Below, piece by piece: positions 29,417-38,515 of a DNA stretch of 44,647 nucleotides. The position numbers and the translations under genes are program-made. Positions within the stretch are counted from its first letter, which is position 1, and the number at the start of each line of letters is the position of its first letter. Under the pieces are notes generated by a model, which ran no database searches, had not been told where the DNA came from, and was given only the letters and a program-made list of their open reading frames with translations. Origin of the DNA: Bacteroidia bacterium (GTDB taxonomy: Bacteria; Bacteroidota; Bacteroidia; Bacteroidales; VadinHA17); assembly GCA_026391215.1 (NCBI GenBank), contig JAPLDX010000108.1, positions 1-44,647 of the forward strand, written 5' to 3'.

Positions 29417-30679
29417 CTAGGAATTAATTTGTTTCAACATATCTATCATAGCTACTAAGTTTTCAACAGGAACGTTGGCTTGAACATTATGCACTGTGTT
29501 AAAAACAAAGCCCCCATCCTTCCCCAGAATCTCACATTGCTCTTTCACTTGTTTCTTTACATCTTCAGGTTTTCCGAAGGCAAGTACTTTTTGGGTATCG
29601 ACACCTCCACCCCAAAATACCAGCCGCTCGTTATATTTTTGTTTTAACTGAAGGGAATCCATTCCTTCAGCGTTGATCTGGACAGGATTCAATATATCAA
29701 ATCCCGCTCTAATGAGGTTTTCAATTAAAGGTTCAACCGCTCCGCAAGAGTGCTTGAAAGTTTTCCACCGTGTATTTTTATGAATCCAGTTATTTACCTT
29801 ACGATAAAAAGGTGCATATATTTCCTCAAAATCTTCTTTAGAACAAAACTGGGAGTTTTGTGTACCAAAATCATTGCCACAAATATAAACAGCATCTATT
29901 AGATCCTTAGAATCTCCTAATATATTGATGATTTTATGCAGATTGCATATGGCTATATCTGTCTGTTTGTCAAATACATCTATTATATAATCTTTCCTCA
30001 TGAGAATAGACATATACCATTCTGAAACATCTCGTATTCCTTTAGGATTTATAAGTCCTGTACCGGGTACCAGCCCAATATCTCCGATTGCTGTTCCCCC
30101 AAAATTGACAATTATTCCCTTCTTAGTTTTAGAAGCCTTTAACACCTGTTGGTCCCAATATGTTAGATCTTCTTCAGTTATATAACTAAATTCTTCCAGA
30201 TTATCTCTGGAATCTAATGCTGTTTCATTAATAGGTTGCTGACGTATTATAGCATCGAAGAAATATCCGCTTTCTGGCATACGACCGCTCGGTGGAACTT
30301 CTGTATTGCCCTGGGGATATAGCAAAATGCTCTTGTTTTTATCATATGTTGTACAAAATTTCCCGGGTACTAATACCGTTTGATTCCAAAAGGTTTTAAA
30401 CTCTTTCCAGTTTTCATTTGCAAAACCAAACATATTAATACGGGGACTTATCCCTATTACATCGATACCTAAAACTTCCTGTAAATCAGGTTCTATTTCA
30501 CCCAACATTTGAAAAGGCTCGATAACTTTAACAGGATTCATCGACAAACCATAATACTTGCGCAAATTTTCGACCGCAAGAACATGTATTCCAGTTGTTG
30601 GCGTACTACCAAAATCTACTACAATTCTGTCAGCTTGTTTATGCTCCAAAACTGTTTTTACTCTTTGCCTTGAATTCAT
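29417..30679 (-). CDS. URO-D/MtaA-family (cobalamin-dependent methyltransferase-like) protein
   Basis: MNSRQRV...DRIVVDFG, DFGTQ, FKHSCG, GFDILNPVQ, FWGGGVDTQ, GGFVFNTVHNVQANVPVEN. ATG 30679 preferred over TTG 30691. Confidence 0.85.
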   Translation of the reverse strand: MNSRQRVKTVLEHKQADRIVVDFGSTPTTGIHVLAVENLRKYYGLSMNPVKVIEPFQMLGEIEPDLQEVLGIDVIGISPRINMFGFANENWKEFKTFWNQTVLVPGKFCTTYDKNKSILLYPQGNTEVPPSGRMPESGYFFDAIIRQQPINETALDSRDNLEEFSYITEEDLTYWDQQVLKASKTKKGIIVNFGGTAIGDIGLVPGTGLINPKGIRDVSEWYMSILMRKDYIIDVFDKQTDIAICNLHKIINILGDSKDLIDAVYICGNDFGTQNSQFCSKEDFEEIYAPFYRKVNNWIHKNTRWKTFKHSCGAVEPLIENLIRAGFDILNPVQINAEGMDSLQLKQKYNERLVFWGGGVDTQKVLAFGKPEDVKKQVKEQCEILGKDGGFVFNTVHNVQANVPVENLVAMIDMLKQINS

Positions 30680-30716
30680 ATTATAAAACAACTTTATATA
30701 AACATGAAATAAGCAA

Positions 30717-32060
30717 TTAATTATCTGTTTTCTTTACGTTCCAGAGCTGTTCAATTTCTTCCAATGATTTTCCTTTTGTTTCCGGCAAATACATATAAGT
30801 AAATAGCCATTGAATAAGAGACATCAGAGCAAGGAACATAAAGGTAATAGCTCCACCAACCGACGCTAAAAAATATGGGAAAAACAGCACTATTAAAAAG
30901 TTGAATATCCATTGAGTAAATGAAGTAAATGCGACTGCCGAACCTCTGATTTTATTTGGATATATCTCTGCAACAAGAGTCCAGAAAACAGGACCAATGC
31001 AGGATGCAAAAAATGCACAAAAAAGCAAGATACAGACTAAAGTTATCATGTTATCCAGTTTGAAATAAAACGAACAGGCTAACATTATTAAAGTCAAAGT
31101 CATCCCCATTGAACCTATCAGATAGAGCAAGCGTCGCCCTGTTTTATCAATTAGCAATATTGCAATAAAAGTGAATAAACAATTAATAAGGCCGATAAAT
31201 GAAGTATTGAGTAGTGCATTCTTTATTCCAATCCCTGCTGTCATGAGAATTTTTGGGCCGTAGTCGATTATAGTATTAATCCCGCTAATCTGTACAAGAA
31301 CAGCTAAAAAGAATCCGACCAGGATCACTTTTCGCGAATTTGGTTTAAATAGCTGTCCAATAGTTACTGATTTCATATCCCCTTTTATAGAATCAGCGAT
31401 CTCTTTGATTTCGATCTCTGCCAAATCCTTGCCTCCTATTTTGGTAAGTATTTGAAATGATTTTTCTTTTTGTCCTGCCCTAAATAGCCATCGCGGGCTT
31501 TCAGGTATGAAAAATAGTCCAATGAAAAATAATAATGAAGGGACAATTCCGGTTGCAAACATCCATCGCCAACTATTATCGACATTGTGTAACCAATAAT
31601 TGATTATATATGAGACAATTATTCCTATCGTAATAGCGAGTTGATATATAGCTACCAGCATTCCCCTGTTTCTGGATGGGGCGACTTCTGCCACATACAA
31701 AGGACAGAGAACTGAAGCAGAACCAACTGATAATCCACCAAATAAACGTGCAGAAATGAACATGGCTGAGCTAATGGAAAGTGCCGTAGCTAAACTTGAA
31801 AGTGTAAAAAACAAGGCAACATATATTAGAACTTTCTTGCGACCGTATTTATCAGCTAAAATTCCAGATCCGAAAGCTCCGATAATTGCACCAACTAATA
31901 ATGAGCTTACTCCCCAACCCAATTGAAGTTCATTCCAATGAAAATATAATTGTATAAATGGTACTGCACCTGATATTATAGCAATGTCAAACCCGAACAT
32001 AAGGCCTCCCATTGTTGCTATAAAGCAAATAATGTATATATATGCGCCTTTATTTAACAT
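30717..32060 (-). CDS. MFS sugar porter (XylE/AraE/GalP family)
   Basis: GGLMFGFD, DKYGRKK, PESPRWL, PETKGKSLEEIE. Confidence 0.94.
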   Translation of the reverse strand: MLNKGAYIYIICFIATMGGLMFGFDIAIISGAVPFIQLYFHWNELQLGWGVSSLLVGAIIGAFGSGILADKYGRKKVLIYVALFFTLSSLATALSISSAMFISARLFGGLSVGSASVLCPLYVAEVAPSRNRGMLVAIYQLAITIGIIVSYIINYWLHNVDNSWRWMFATGIVPSLLFFIGLFFIPESPRWLFRAGQKEKSFQILTKIGGKDLAEIEIKEIADSIKGDMKSVTIGQLFKPNSRKVILVGFFLAVLVQISGINTIIDYGPKILMTAGIGIKNALLNTSFIGLINCLFTFIAILLIDKTGRRLLYLIGSMGMTLTLIMLACSFYFKLDNMITLVCILLFCAFFASCIGPVFWTLVAEIYPNKIRGSAVAFTSFTQWIFNFLIVLFFPYFLASVGGAITFMFLALMSLIQWLFTYMYLPETKGKSLEEIEQLWNVKKTDN

Positions 32061-32425
32061 ACGTTTAATTTAACTAAGCAATTGAACTTTCATAATATCT
32101 TTCTATTTGAGGCAATTTTATCCTCTTCAATAGTTTTATTTACCTTTCAAGTGGTACTCGAATAGTCATCTTTTCTCCTCCAGAGATTTTGAAAGACTAA
32201 AGGTATTATCCTAATAAATGAACGCGTTTTTATTGATAACAATCTAATATGATATTAACAATCAGCTGGTAAATATTTTTGTTTTATACTGAGTGCATTC
32301 CACTATAATATTTTTGCGTCAAAATTAAATAGTTGACTTTTTCTCAAGAAGAATTGATTAATTTACTTCTAAAACAGGTTAAGAAAATTGACCAATATTT
32401 ATATTAAATAAGCCTGATGGGCAAG

Positions 32426-33919
32426 TTAGAGAGGCATATTTGGTAAATTCCATCCCTCACGATAGGTGTGCTTAATATATTCATTTGTAGATTCCACTGC
32501 ATTAAATTTAGCATACTGCGTGTTGAAATTCGGGTGACCACCTATCACTTTAAATTCATTGGAAGTAACAATATTCAATTTATCGGTAGCTGAAATATTC
32601 GTAAAACGCATATTAACAGCATCCCATTCAAGAGATTTATTGAGACTTTTTAAACGAATTGCCAGTACACCTAATAGCACCATTTCATTAAATGGACCAG
32701 CATAAGAAAAATCAGATGTAGTTTGCATCCTGTTTTCAGGCAATTCTTTGCAAGCACGAATCCAGTCTTGTTCATGTGGACCATTTATATAACCCGTTGC
32801 ACCGGGAATCCGACGTAGATAAGGCTCTATATCAGGAACACGACCTGACTTCAATCTAGCTCGAAAACCGCCACAATCAGTTATAAGTACATCTTTAGTA
32901 CCAACAAAAATGCATCCCCCTAATCTGTCGGCCATCAGGTTTTCATTTTCTGGTACAAGTTCAGAAAAGTTTGGCAAAAGCCCCCCGTCATACCAGTAGA
33001 TTTTTACCGGAGGCATAGCAACTTTAGGTAAATTCTCACGCTTAGGAAAAGAAAACTCAACTGTCTCAGCTTGAGGTGCAGATTCAGTATTAAACGTAGT
33101 AGAGCTGCCTCGAATTTTAGTTGGATATCCTAATTTTAGTGCTTTATAAACTGGATCAAGAACATGGCACGCCATATCACCAAATGCGCCAGTGCCAAAG
33201 TCCCACCATCCCCTCCAATTCCAGGGAGTATAAATATAATTATAGGGTCTCATAGGAGCAGGACCTATAAACAAATCCCAATTTAGTGTTTTTGGAACCT
33301 TCTCAACATTTGTAGGCCTTTCCAAACCTTGTGGCCATATAGGTCGGTCCGTCCATGCATGTACTTCGCTGATCTCACCTATTTCACCATTCCAAATCCA
33401 CTCACAGACCTGACGAACACCATCACCAGAATTACCTTGATTTCCCATTTGAGAAGCAACCTTATGTTCTGCTGCCAGTTTGGTAAGTAAACGTGATTCA
33501 TATATCGAATGAGTAAGTGGTTTTTGACAATATACATGCTTCCCCAATGAGATTGCTGTCGCTGCTATCACTGCATGAGTATGGTCAGGAGTAGCAATCA
33601 TCACACCATCTATTGAGTTATTCAATTCATCAAACATTCTTCGCCAATCCCAATAACGCTTTGCATTTGGAAAATCCTTGAAACAGGACTCAGCATATTT
33701 CCAATCTACATCGCATAATGCTACAATATTTTCACTTGCCATTGCACCTATATTAGGGTGCCCTTTTCCGCCGATTCCAACACCGGCAATGTTAAGTTTG
33801 TCACTTGGGGCTTTGTGTCCTAAGCCACTGATGACACTACCAGGTAATATGGTTAATCCAGCAGAAATAGTGGCGCTTTTCTTAATGAAATCGCGACGAG
33901 AAGCAATAGATGATGACAT
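32426..33919 (-). CDS. Gfo/Idh/MocA oxidoreductase with Tat signal (glycoside 3-dehydrogenase-like)
   Basis: SRRDFIK twin-arginine; APSDKLNIAGVGIGG, ATPDHTH, YCQKPLTH, GDMACH. Confidence 0.9.
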   Translation of the reverse strand: MSSSIASRRDFIKKSATISAGLTILPGSVISGLGHKAPSDKLNIAGVGIGGKGHPNIGAMASENIVALCDVDWKYAESCFKDFPNAKRYWDWRRMFDELNNSIDGVMIATPDHTHAVIAATAISLGKHVYCQKPLTHSIYESRLLTKLAAEHKVASQMGNQGNSGDGVRQVCEWIWNGEIGEISEVHAWTDRPIWPQGLERPTNVEKVPKTLNWDLFIGPAPMRPYNYIYTPWNWRGWWDFGTGAFGDMACHVLDPVYKALKLGYPTKIRGSSTTFNTESAPQAETVEFSFPKRENLPKVAMPPVKIYWYDGGLLPNFSELVPENENLMADRLGGCIFVGTKDVLITDCGGFRARLKSGRVPDIEPYLRRIPGATGYINGPHEQDWIRACKELPENRMQTTSDFSYAGPFNEMVLLGVLAIRLKSLNKSLEWDAVNMRFTNISATDKLNIVTSNEFKVIGGHPNFNTQYAKFNAVESTNEYIKHTYREGWNLPNMPL

Positions 33920-33937
33920 TTTTCAGGATATTTAAGT

Positions 33938-34690
33938 TTATAATTCTTTTATTTTAATGTTGCAGTACCAAACTTTAGTCCCATGATTTTGAAGAGAAAT
34001 ACACCCTTCATCGAATTTCCCATAATCGGGGTAATCAATCCATTTTCCACTATTACGACGCTTTTCCCAATCATCTGAATATTTAGTATATTTTACAACA
34101 ATTTCCCCATTAAGGAGTTGAGTAACGTTGTTTCCATCAACAACCAACAGGGCATTATTCCATTCTCCAAGTGTTTTATAAGGTCTTACCATAGGTGGAT
34201 ACATTGCATAATTTGCTCCACATATTTGCCAATCCTCCAAGGGATCAGACCAGTTTTCATGATCAATAATCTGAAATTCAGGACCTGTTTCATATGGAAA
34301 CTTGTACTTAAGATTCTCAGAGACCTGATATAATATACCGCTATTAGCCCCTTTTGAAAGCTTAAAATCAACACTCAAGGCAAAATTTTTATATTTTACG
34401 TTGGTAATAATATCCTGATCCTCCTGCGCCCCAACACTATTCATAGTTAAAGTACCCTCTTCAATAGTCCAACAATCGGGAAATCCAATTAAATTATATC
34501 CATGCCAACCTTTATTAGTAGTCCCATCAAATAGTAATTTCCAGTTCTTCTTTTTTTCTAATTTAGTTATAGTATTAGGCTTTGAATCTTGGGTTAACTC
34601 TGAATAGAGTATAAGAGGATCTTTGCTCTTATTTGCACAGCTAAAAATGATGGTAAATGCCACCGTACTTAATAATACTTTCGATTTCAT
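33938..34690 (-). CDS. DUF1080 (3-keto-disaccharide hydrolase/lyase) lipoprotein
   Basis: WKLLFDG, NSGI, GPEFQIID, GEWN, LQNHG..VWYCNIKIKEL; lipobox IFSC. Confidence 0.9.
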   Translation of the reverse strand: MKSKVLLSTVAFTIIFSCANKSKDPLILYSELTQDSKPNTITKLEKKKNWKLLFDGTTNKGWHGYNLIGFPDCWTIEEGTLTMNSVGAQEDQDIITNVKYKNFALSVDFKLSKGANSGILYQVSENLKYKFPYETGPEFQIIDHENWSDPLEDWQICGANYAMYPPMVRPYKTLGEWNNALLVVDGNNVTQLLNGEIVVKYTKYSDDWEKRRNSGKWIDYPDYGKFDEGCISLQNHGTKVWYCNIKIKEL

Positions 34691-34781
34691 TTTAATGACT
34701 CTAAAACAAATTATACAACTTATTTTACAAATTAATTATTCCTTAGGAACATTTTCTTAATCCTTTGGTTTCTCACATGCA

Positions 34782-34813
34782 TATATTATATCCATAACAA
34801 AAATGATTCTCAT
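34782..34813 (-). promoter_or_regulatory. Putative ECF-sigma promoter upstream of the DUF1080-Gfo operon
   Basis: ATGAGAATCATTTTTGTTATGGATATAATATA. Confidence 0.7.
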
Positions 34814-35168
34814 ATATTAAAACCATACTTTTTTACTTATGATCTTTTTTGTATCTAGATTATGCTAGAATGCTTATGAAACACTTGTCAGTAACACATT
34901 ACTTTTAATATTTTAATCTTCGATCCGCTTCCAGGTGCCATCACCAAGCTGGTATGTCTGTTAGTAACCAGAAGTTTATATTAATTTCTTATGCTGAACT
35001 CACATTAGATTAGTACAAGTAAGATGTTATGAGATTATTTAATTGATATTGTCAATTAGAATTATTAAATGTCTTTTAGAACAGATATGAATTACCTTAT
35101 ATAGTTGTCAATTTGAAATCAGAGTTACATAGGAATTATTTCTTAAGTTATCCTGTGTAGGATTATTC

Positions 35169-37949
35169 TTATTCAATAATATTTGAAAAAAAATTGTACT
35201 CTCCGGATTCAACATTAAAAATGGCATATTCATTTTCCATCTTTAAAAATGAAACGTTCTTATTTTCTATCGCAGGAGATGAACCTTCCTGGATCTCTTC
35301 AGGTGTTTTTGCCAATATATATACAGTTGCTGTCGTTCCTACCGGAATGAAGACTTTTAAACTAAGGATTCCTTTTTGTTTGGTCCATTCCGATCGGATT
35401 GTACCACTGATTGTTTTAACAGATGCTTTAACCCATGACAAATCTGAAGGAACATAAGGTTTGATAATAAAACTTCTGAATCCGGGTGAATTTTCATCAA
35501 CCTGAATCCCTCCTAATATTTTATAAAACCAGGAATCAATACTACCAAACATTATATGGTTATGTGAGTTCATGCCTTTTTCTCCCCAATGTTCTGATAA
35601 GGTGGTCTTGTTTCCGATCATATTTATCCAACTTGGGTAATCACTTTGTGTTGCAAGCCCCCAGGCAATATCGTTCCTCCCCTCACGAGAAAGGGTTTCC
35701 ATCAAATACTTGGTGCCAAAAATACCTGTAGTCAAGTGTCCTTCCCTAGATATGATATCATTGATAAGATTGTTTAAAACATCTTTTTTAAAATCTTCAG
35801 GAACGATTCCTAAGAACAATGGAAAAGAATTTGCGAACTGACTACTATCATCATATAATTTAGCATTGACATTTAGAAATTCTTCATTATAAGCCTTCTT
35901 TATACTGTCTGCAAGCTTTGAATAGGCTTCTGCATCTCTTTCGTAGCCAAGAATCTTTGCAACTTTAGTAACAATAATCGCACTTGAATAATAGAAACCG
36001 GTTGATAAAGATAAAGGATCACCTCTTTCCCATCCCTCTCCTTCAAGAGGATTTGCCCAATCGCCATATTTATCCTTAGGTAAAATAAAGCCTTTTGCCA
36101 TTGTTGAGAGGAAATCTACATATCGCTTCATTGATTCGTAATGATCAACCAGGATTTGTTTATCTCCATAATAAAGATAATGATACCAGGTGATCAGATG
36201 ATAACCACTACCATAAGAAAATGTAAAATCCCCTCCGGTGGAAATTGGACGAGGCGCAATATATGGGATATATCCATTTGAATCTTGATTGGCCTTAATG
36301 TCATTCAACCATTTCTTGTAGAATTGATTCATGTCGAAATTATAAATGGCTTCTTCAGCACTAATATGGGCGTCTCCCAACCATCCAAGCCGTTCTTCCC
36401 TCTGAGGACAATCAGTAGGGTAACCCATTAGATTAGATCTTTGTGACCAAAGGATTGCCTTATGGACATTGTTAATCTGCTCATTACTACACTCAAATTC
36501 ACCATTTGGTTCAACTGCTGAATGAACAACAATGCCATCGATATCGCGAGGCGATAACTTATAACCTAAACCTGATACTTCGACATATTGAAAACCATGG
36601 TAAGTAAAATGTGGTTCATAAGTTTCTCTTTTACTGCCTTTTGAAATATATGAATCTGTTACTATGGCTAAATGATTACTTGTTGTATCAAGCATTCCAT
36701 TTTTTATATCCTCAGCATATCTGAATACGATGCTTTTACCTTTCTCTCCTTTTAATCTGATTCTAATCCAACCAGAAAAATTTTGTCCAAAATCTACGAC
36801 GGTGATGTTATCATCAGGATGTGTTACTGAAACCGGTTTCTTTAATTCGACTCGCTTTATTGCAGGTAGTATTTGAGCTGTTAATTTGCCCAAAGGCGGT
36901 TTGATTAATTTTGCATTTACCCAATTAGAATCGTCAAAACCCGGCTTATCCCAATCGCTTAATTCTTTTGTCGCGTCATAAATTTCTCCATCATACAAGC
37001 AACTACGACGAACCGGACCATCAGCCAATTTCCAGGTTTCATCGGCAGCAATGATTTCGGTACTACCGTCACAATAAATTATGTGCATTTGCATCATGCA
37101 TCGTTTTTCACCAAACCACTGCATCCTCCAGCTCCACCATTTTGGAATGGGATTGAACCACCCATTCCCCAACATAATTCCAAACGCATTTGTTCCCCTT
37201 CCAAGAGAATTTGTGACATCGTAGGTATCGTACAGGACAATTCTATTATAGTTAGTTTTTGCTGGGTTTAAGACTTTGTCCCCTATTCTTTTTCCGTTGA
37301 TCGTTAATTCATACAGGCCCAAACCGCATATATGAACAAGAGCTTTTGCAATGGGTTTGGAAAATTGATATTCTTTCCGTAAAAGTAAGGAGCATTCATT
37401 ATATTTTATTGAATCCCCTTCATCATCTATTTCCATTTTATTCTGATAAAAACCCTCTGCATTGATAGGATCCTTACTATCTCCCTTCCCAATCCAATTT
37501 GCCTTCCATAATTTCTGATCAAGAATGGAAGTCGTAAACCGTGCTGATTTGCTGAATTTGGTAGGTTGTCCATCCTCATCCCATATCCTGATTTTCCAGT
37601 AGTAAAACTGGTTACTCTTCAAAGTCTCACCTCCGTAGGAAGCAACTTTTGAATTATCTGAGTTTATTTTCCCTGAATCCCAATAAGTCCCCTTGTTATG
37701 ACTGATATCCTCTTTGTTATCAGCAATTATTATTTGGTACGCACTCTGCTGCTTCCCTCTTTCCAGGCTTTCCTCAGTCCAGCTAAATGTTGGATAATCC
37801 ATATCAATTCCTATCGGATCGACGGCTGATTGGCATTTAAGTTCTGTTATTTTAAGTGATGATCTTTCTTTACAACCATTAATTACGAGTATATTTAATA
37901 TAAAACTAATAAAATAGATGATTTTTATTTTGTTCATTTTTTGTATCAA
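35169..37949 (-). CDS. GH78 alpha-L-rhamnosidase lipoprotein
   Basis: WDSGK, LYDGEIYDA, DFGQNFSG, PTDCPQREERLGWLGD, SHNHIMFG; lipobox INGC. Start may be the internal ATG (MNKIK). Confidence 0.93.
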   Translation of the reverse strand: MIQKMNKIKIIYFISFILNILVINGCKERSSLKITELKCQSAVDPIGIDMDYPTFSWTEESLERGKQQSAYQIIIADNKEDISHNKGTYWDSGKINSDNSKVASYGGETLKSNQFYYWKIRIWDEDGQPTKFSKSARFTTSILDQKLWKANWIGKGDSKDPINAEGFYQNKMEIDDEGDSIKYNECSLLLRKEYQFSKPIAKALVHICGLGLYELTINGKRIGDKVLNPAKTNYNRIVLYDTYDVTNSLGRGTNAFGIMLGNGWFNPIPKWWSWRMQWFGEKRCMMQMHIIYCDGSTEIIAADETWKLADGPVRRSCLYDGEIYDATKELSDWDKPGFDDSNWVNAKLIKPPLGKLTAQILPAIKRVELKKPVSVTHPDDNITVVDFGQNFSGWIRIRLKGEKGKSIVFRYAEDIKNGMLDTTSNHLAIVTDSYISKGSKRETYEPHFTYHGFQYVEVSGLGYKLSPRDIDGIVVHSAVEPNGEFECSNEQINNVHKAILWSQRSNLMGYPTDCPQREERLGWLGDAHISAEEAIYNFDMNQFYKKWLNDIKANQDSNGYIPYIAPRPISTGGDFTFSYGSGYHLITWYHYLYYGDKQILVDHYESMKRYVDFLSTMAKGFILPKDKYGDWANPLEGEGWERGDPLSLSTGFYYSSAIIVTKVAKILGYERDAEAYSKLADSIKKAYNEEFLNVNAKLYDDSSQFANSFPLFLGIVPEDFKKDVLNNLINDIISREGHLTTGIFGTKYLMETLSREGRNDIAWGLATQSDYPSWINMIGNKTTLSEHWGEKGMNSHNHIMFGSIDSWFYKILGGIQVDENSPGFRSFIIKPYVPSDLSWVKASVKTISGTIRSEWTKQKGILSLKVFIPVGTTATVYILAKTPEEIQEGSSPAIENKNVSFLKMENEYAIFNVESGEYNFFSNIIE

Positions 37950-38074
37950 TTATTAGTTAAAAAGTAGATATCAGAATAGAATAATAGTTGGTCGATTCTA
38001 TATAGCATATTGACACTTATAAATATTTAAGGTTTTAAAGACTCGTTCTGTTAATTATCCTTTCTTTAAATCAT

Positions 38075-38106
38075 TACATTATATCCATAAACAGAATCGA
38101 TCTCAT
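38075..38106 (-). promoter_or_regulatory. Putative ECF-sigma promoter upstream of GH78
   Basis: ATGAGATCGATTCTGTTTATGGATATAATGTA. Confidence 0.7.
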
Positions 38107-38182
38107 ATGAAAAGTATCTTTTTTTAGATAATTAGTGTTTTTTCTTTGAATAATCGGAATGTAGAAATACTGCTAAATATAT

Positions 38183-38320
38183 TGCAAAAGCCGGGCATAT
38201 TGACCACATCTTGCCGGTTTTCATTTCATTTTGAAATATATTAATTAATAATAATTTAGCTCCGGCTACAGATGGTCAATCCCATCCGGCGAAAAGTGGT
38301 CAAGAGCAACGGCTTTTCAA
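38183..38320. mobile_element. IS21-family-like miniature inverted-repeat element (copy 2, 138 bp)
   Basis: Starts TGCAAAAGCCGGGCATATTGACCACATC, ends GTGGTCAAGAGCAACGGCTTTTCAA; colinear with copy 1 and in the same orientation. Confidence 0.7.
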
Positions 38321-38515
38321 TCTAATTAATGCATAGAGATCATTTAGCAGTTAAGGAAGATGGATTATGATTATTACTGAATCTGATCAGTAATTTCTTA
38401 ACAGTTAGAATAGCTGAAAACTCATCAAAAAAGAAAAAGTGTACAGTGTGTTTCATTTGTCTTTCGACTGTACAAAAACTGTACACTTGACTTTTTTTGA
38501 TCTTCGCAAACCCTG

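Larger units (their letters stand above)
11811..38320. mobile_element. Putative genomic island / composite element carrying a complete PUL
   Basis: Bounded by the two miniature elements, visibly AT-richer cargo than the flanks, about 195 bp from the 3' end of tRNA-Pro; no transposase, integrase or target duplication seen. Confidence 0.55.

Noticed and set aside
29417-30679. hemE (uroporphyrinogen decarboxylase)
   Set aside because: Lacks the RQAGR motif, has HxC, and sits among sugar genes.
34913-34960. Coding-like fragment TYQLGDGTWKRIED on the minus strand
   Set aside because: In-frame stop immediately upstream; too short to assign.
35029-35060. ATGAGAT half-site (also ATGAGA at 44578)
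   Set aside because: No TATWAT box at the +23 position.
11800-38330. Target-site duplication or tRNA-derived att repeat at the island ends
   Set aside because: Flanks (CCAGCC, GCTGAT, ATATAT, TCTAAT) do not match one another, and no second copy of the tRNA 3' end was found.
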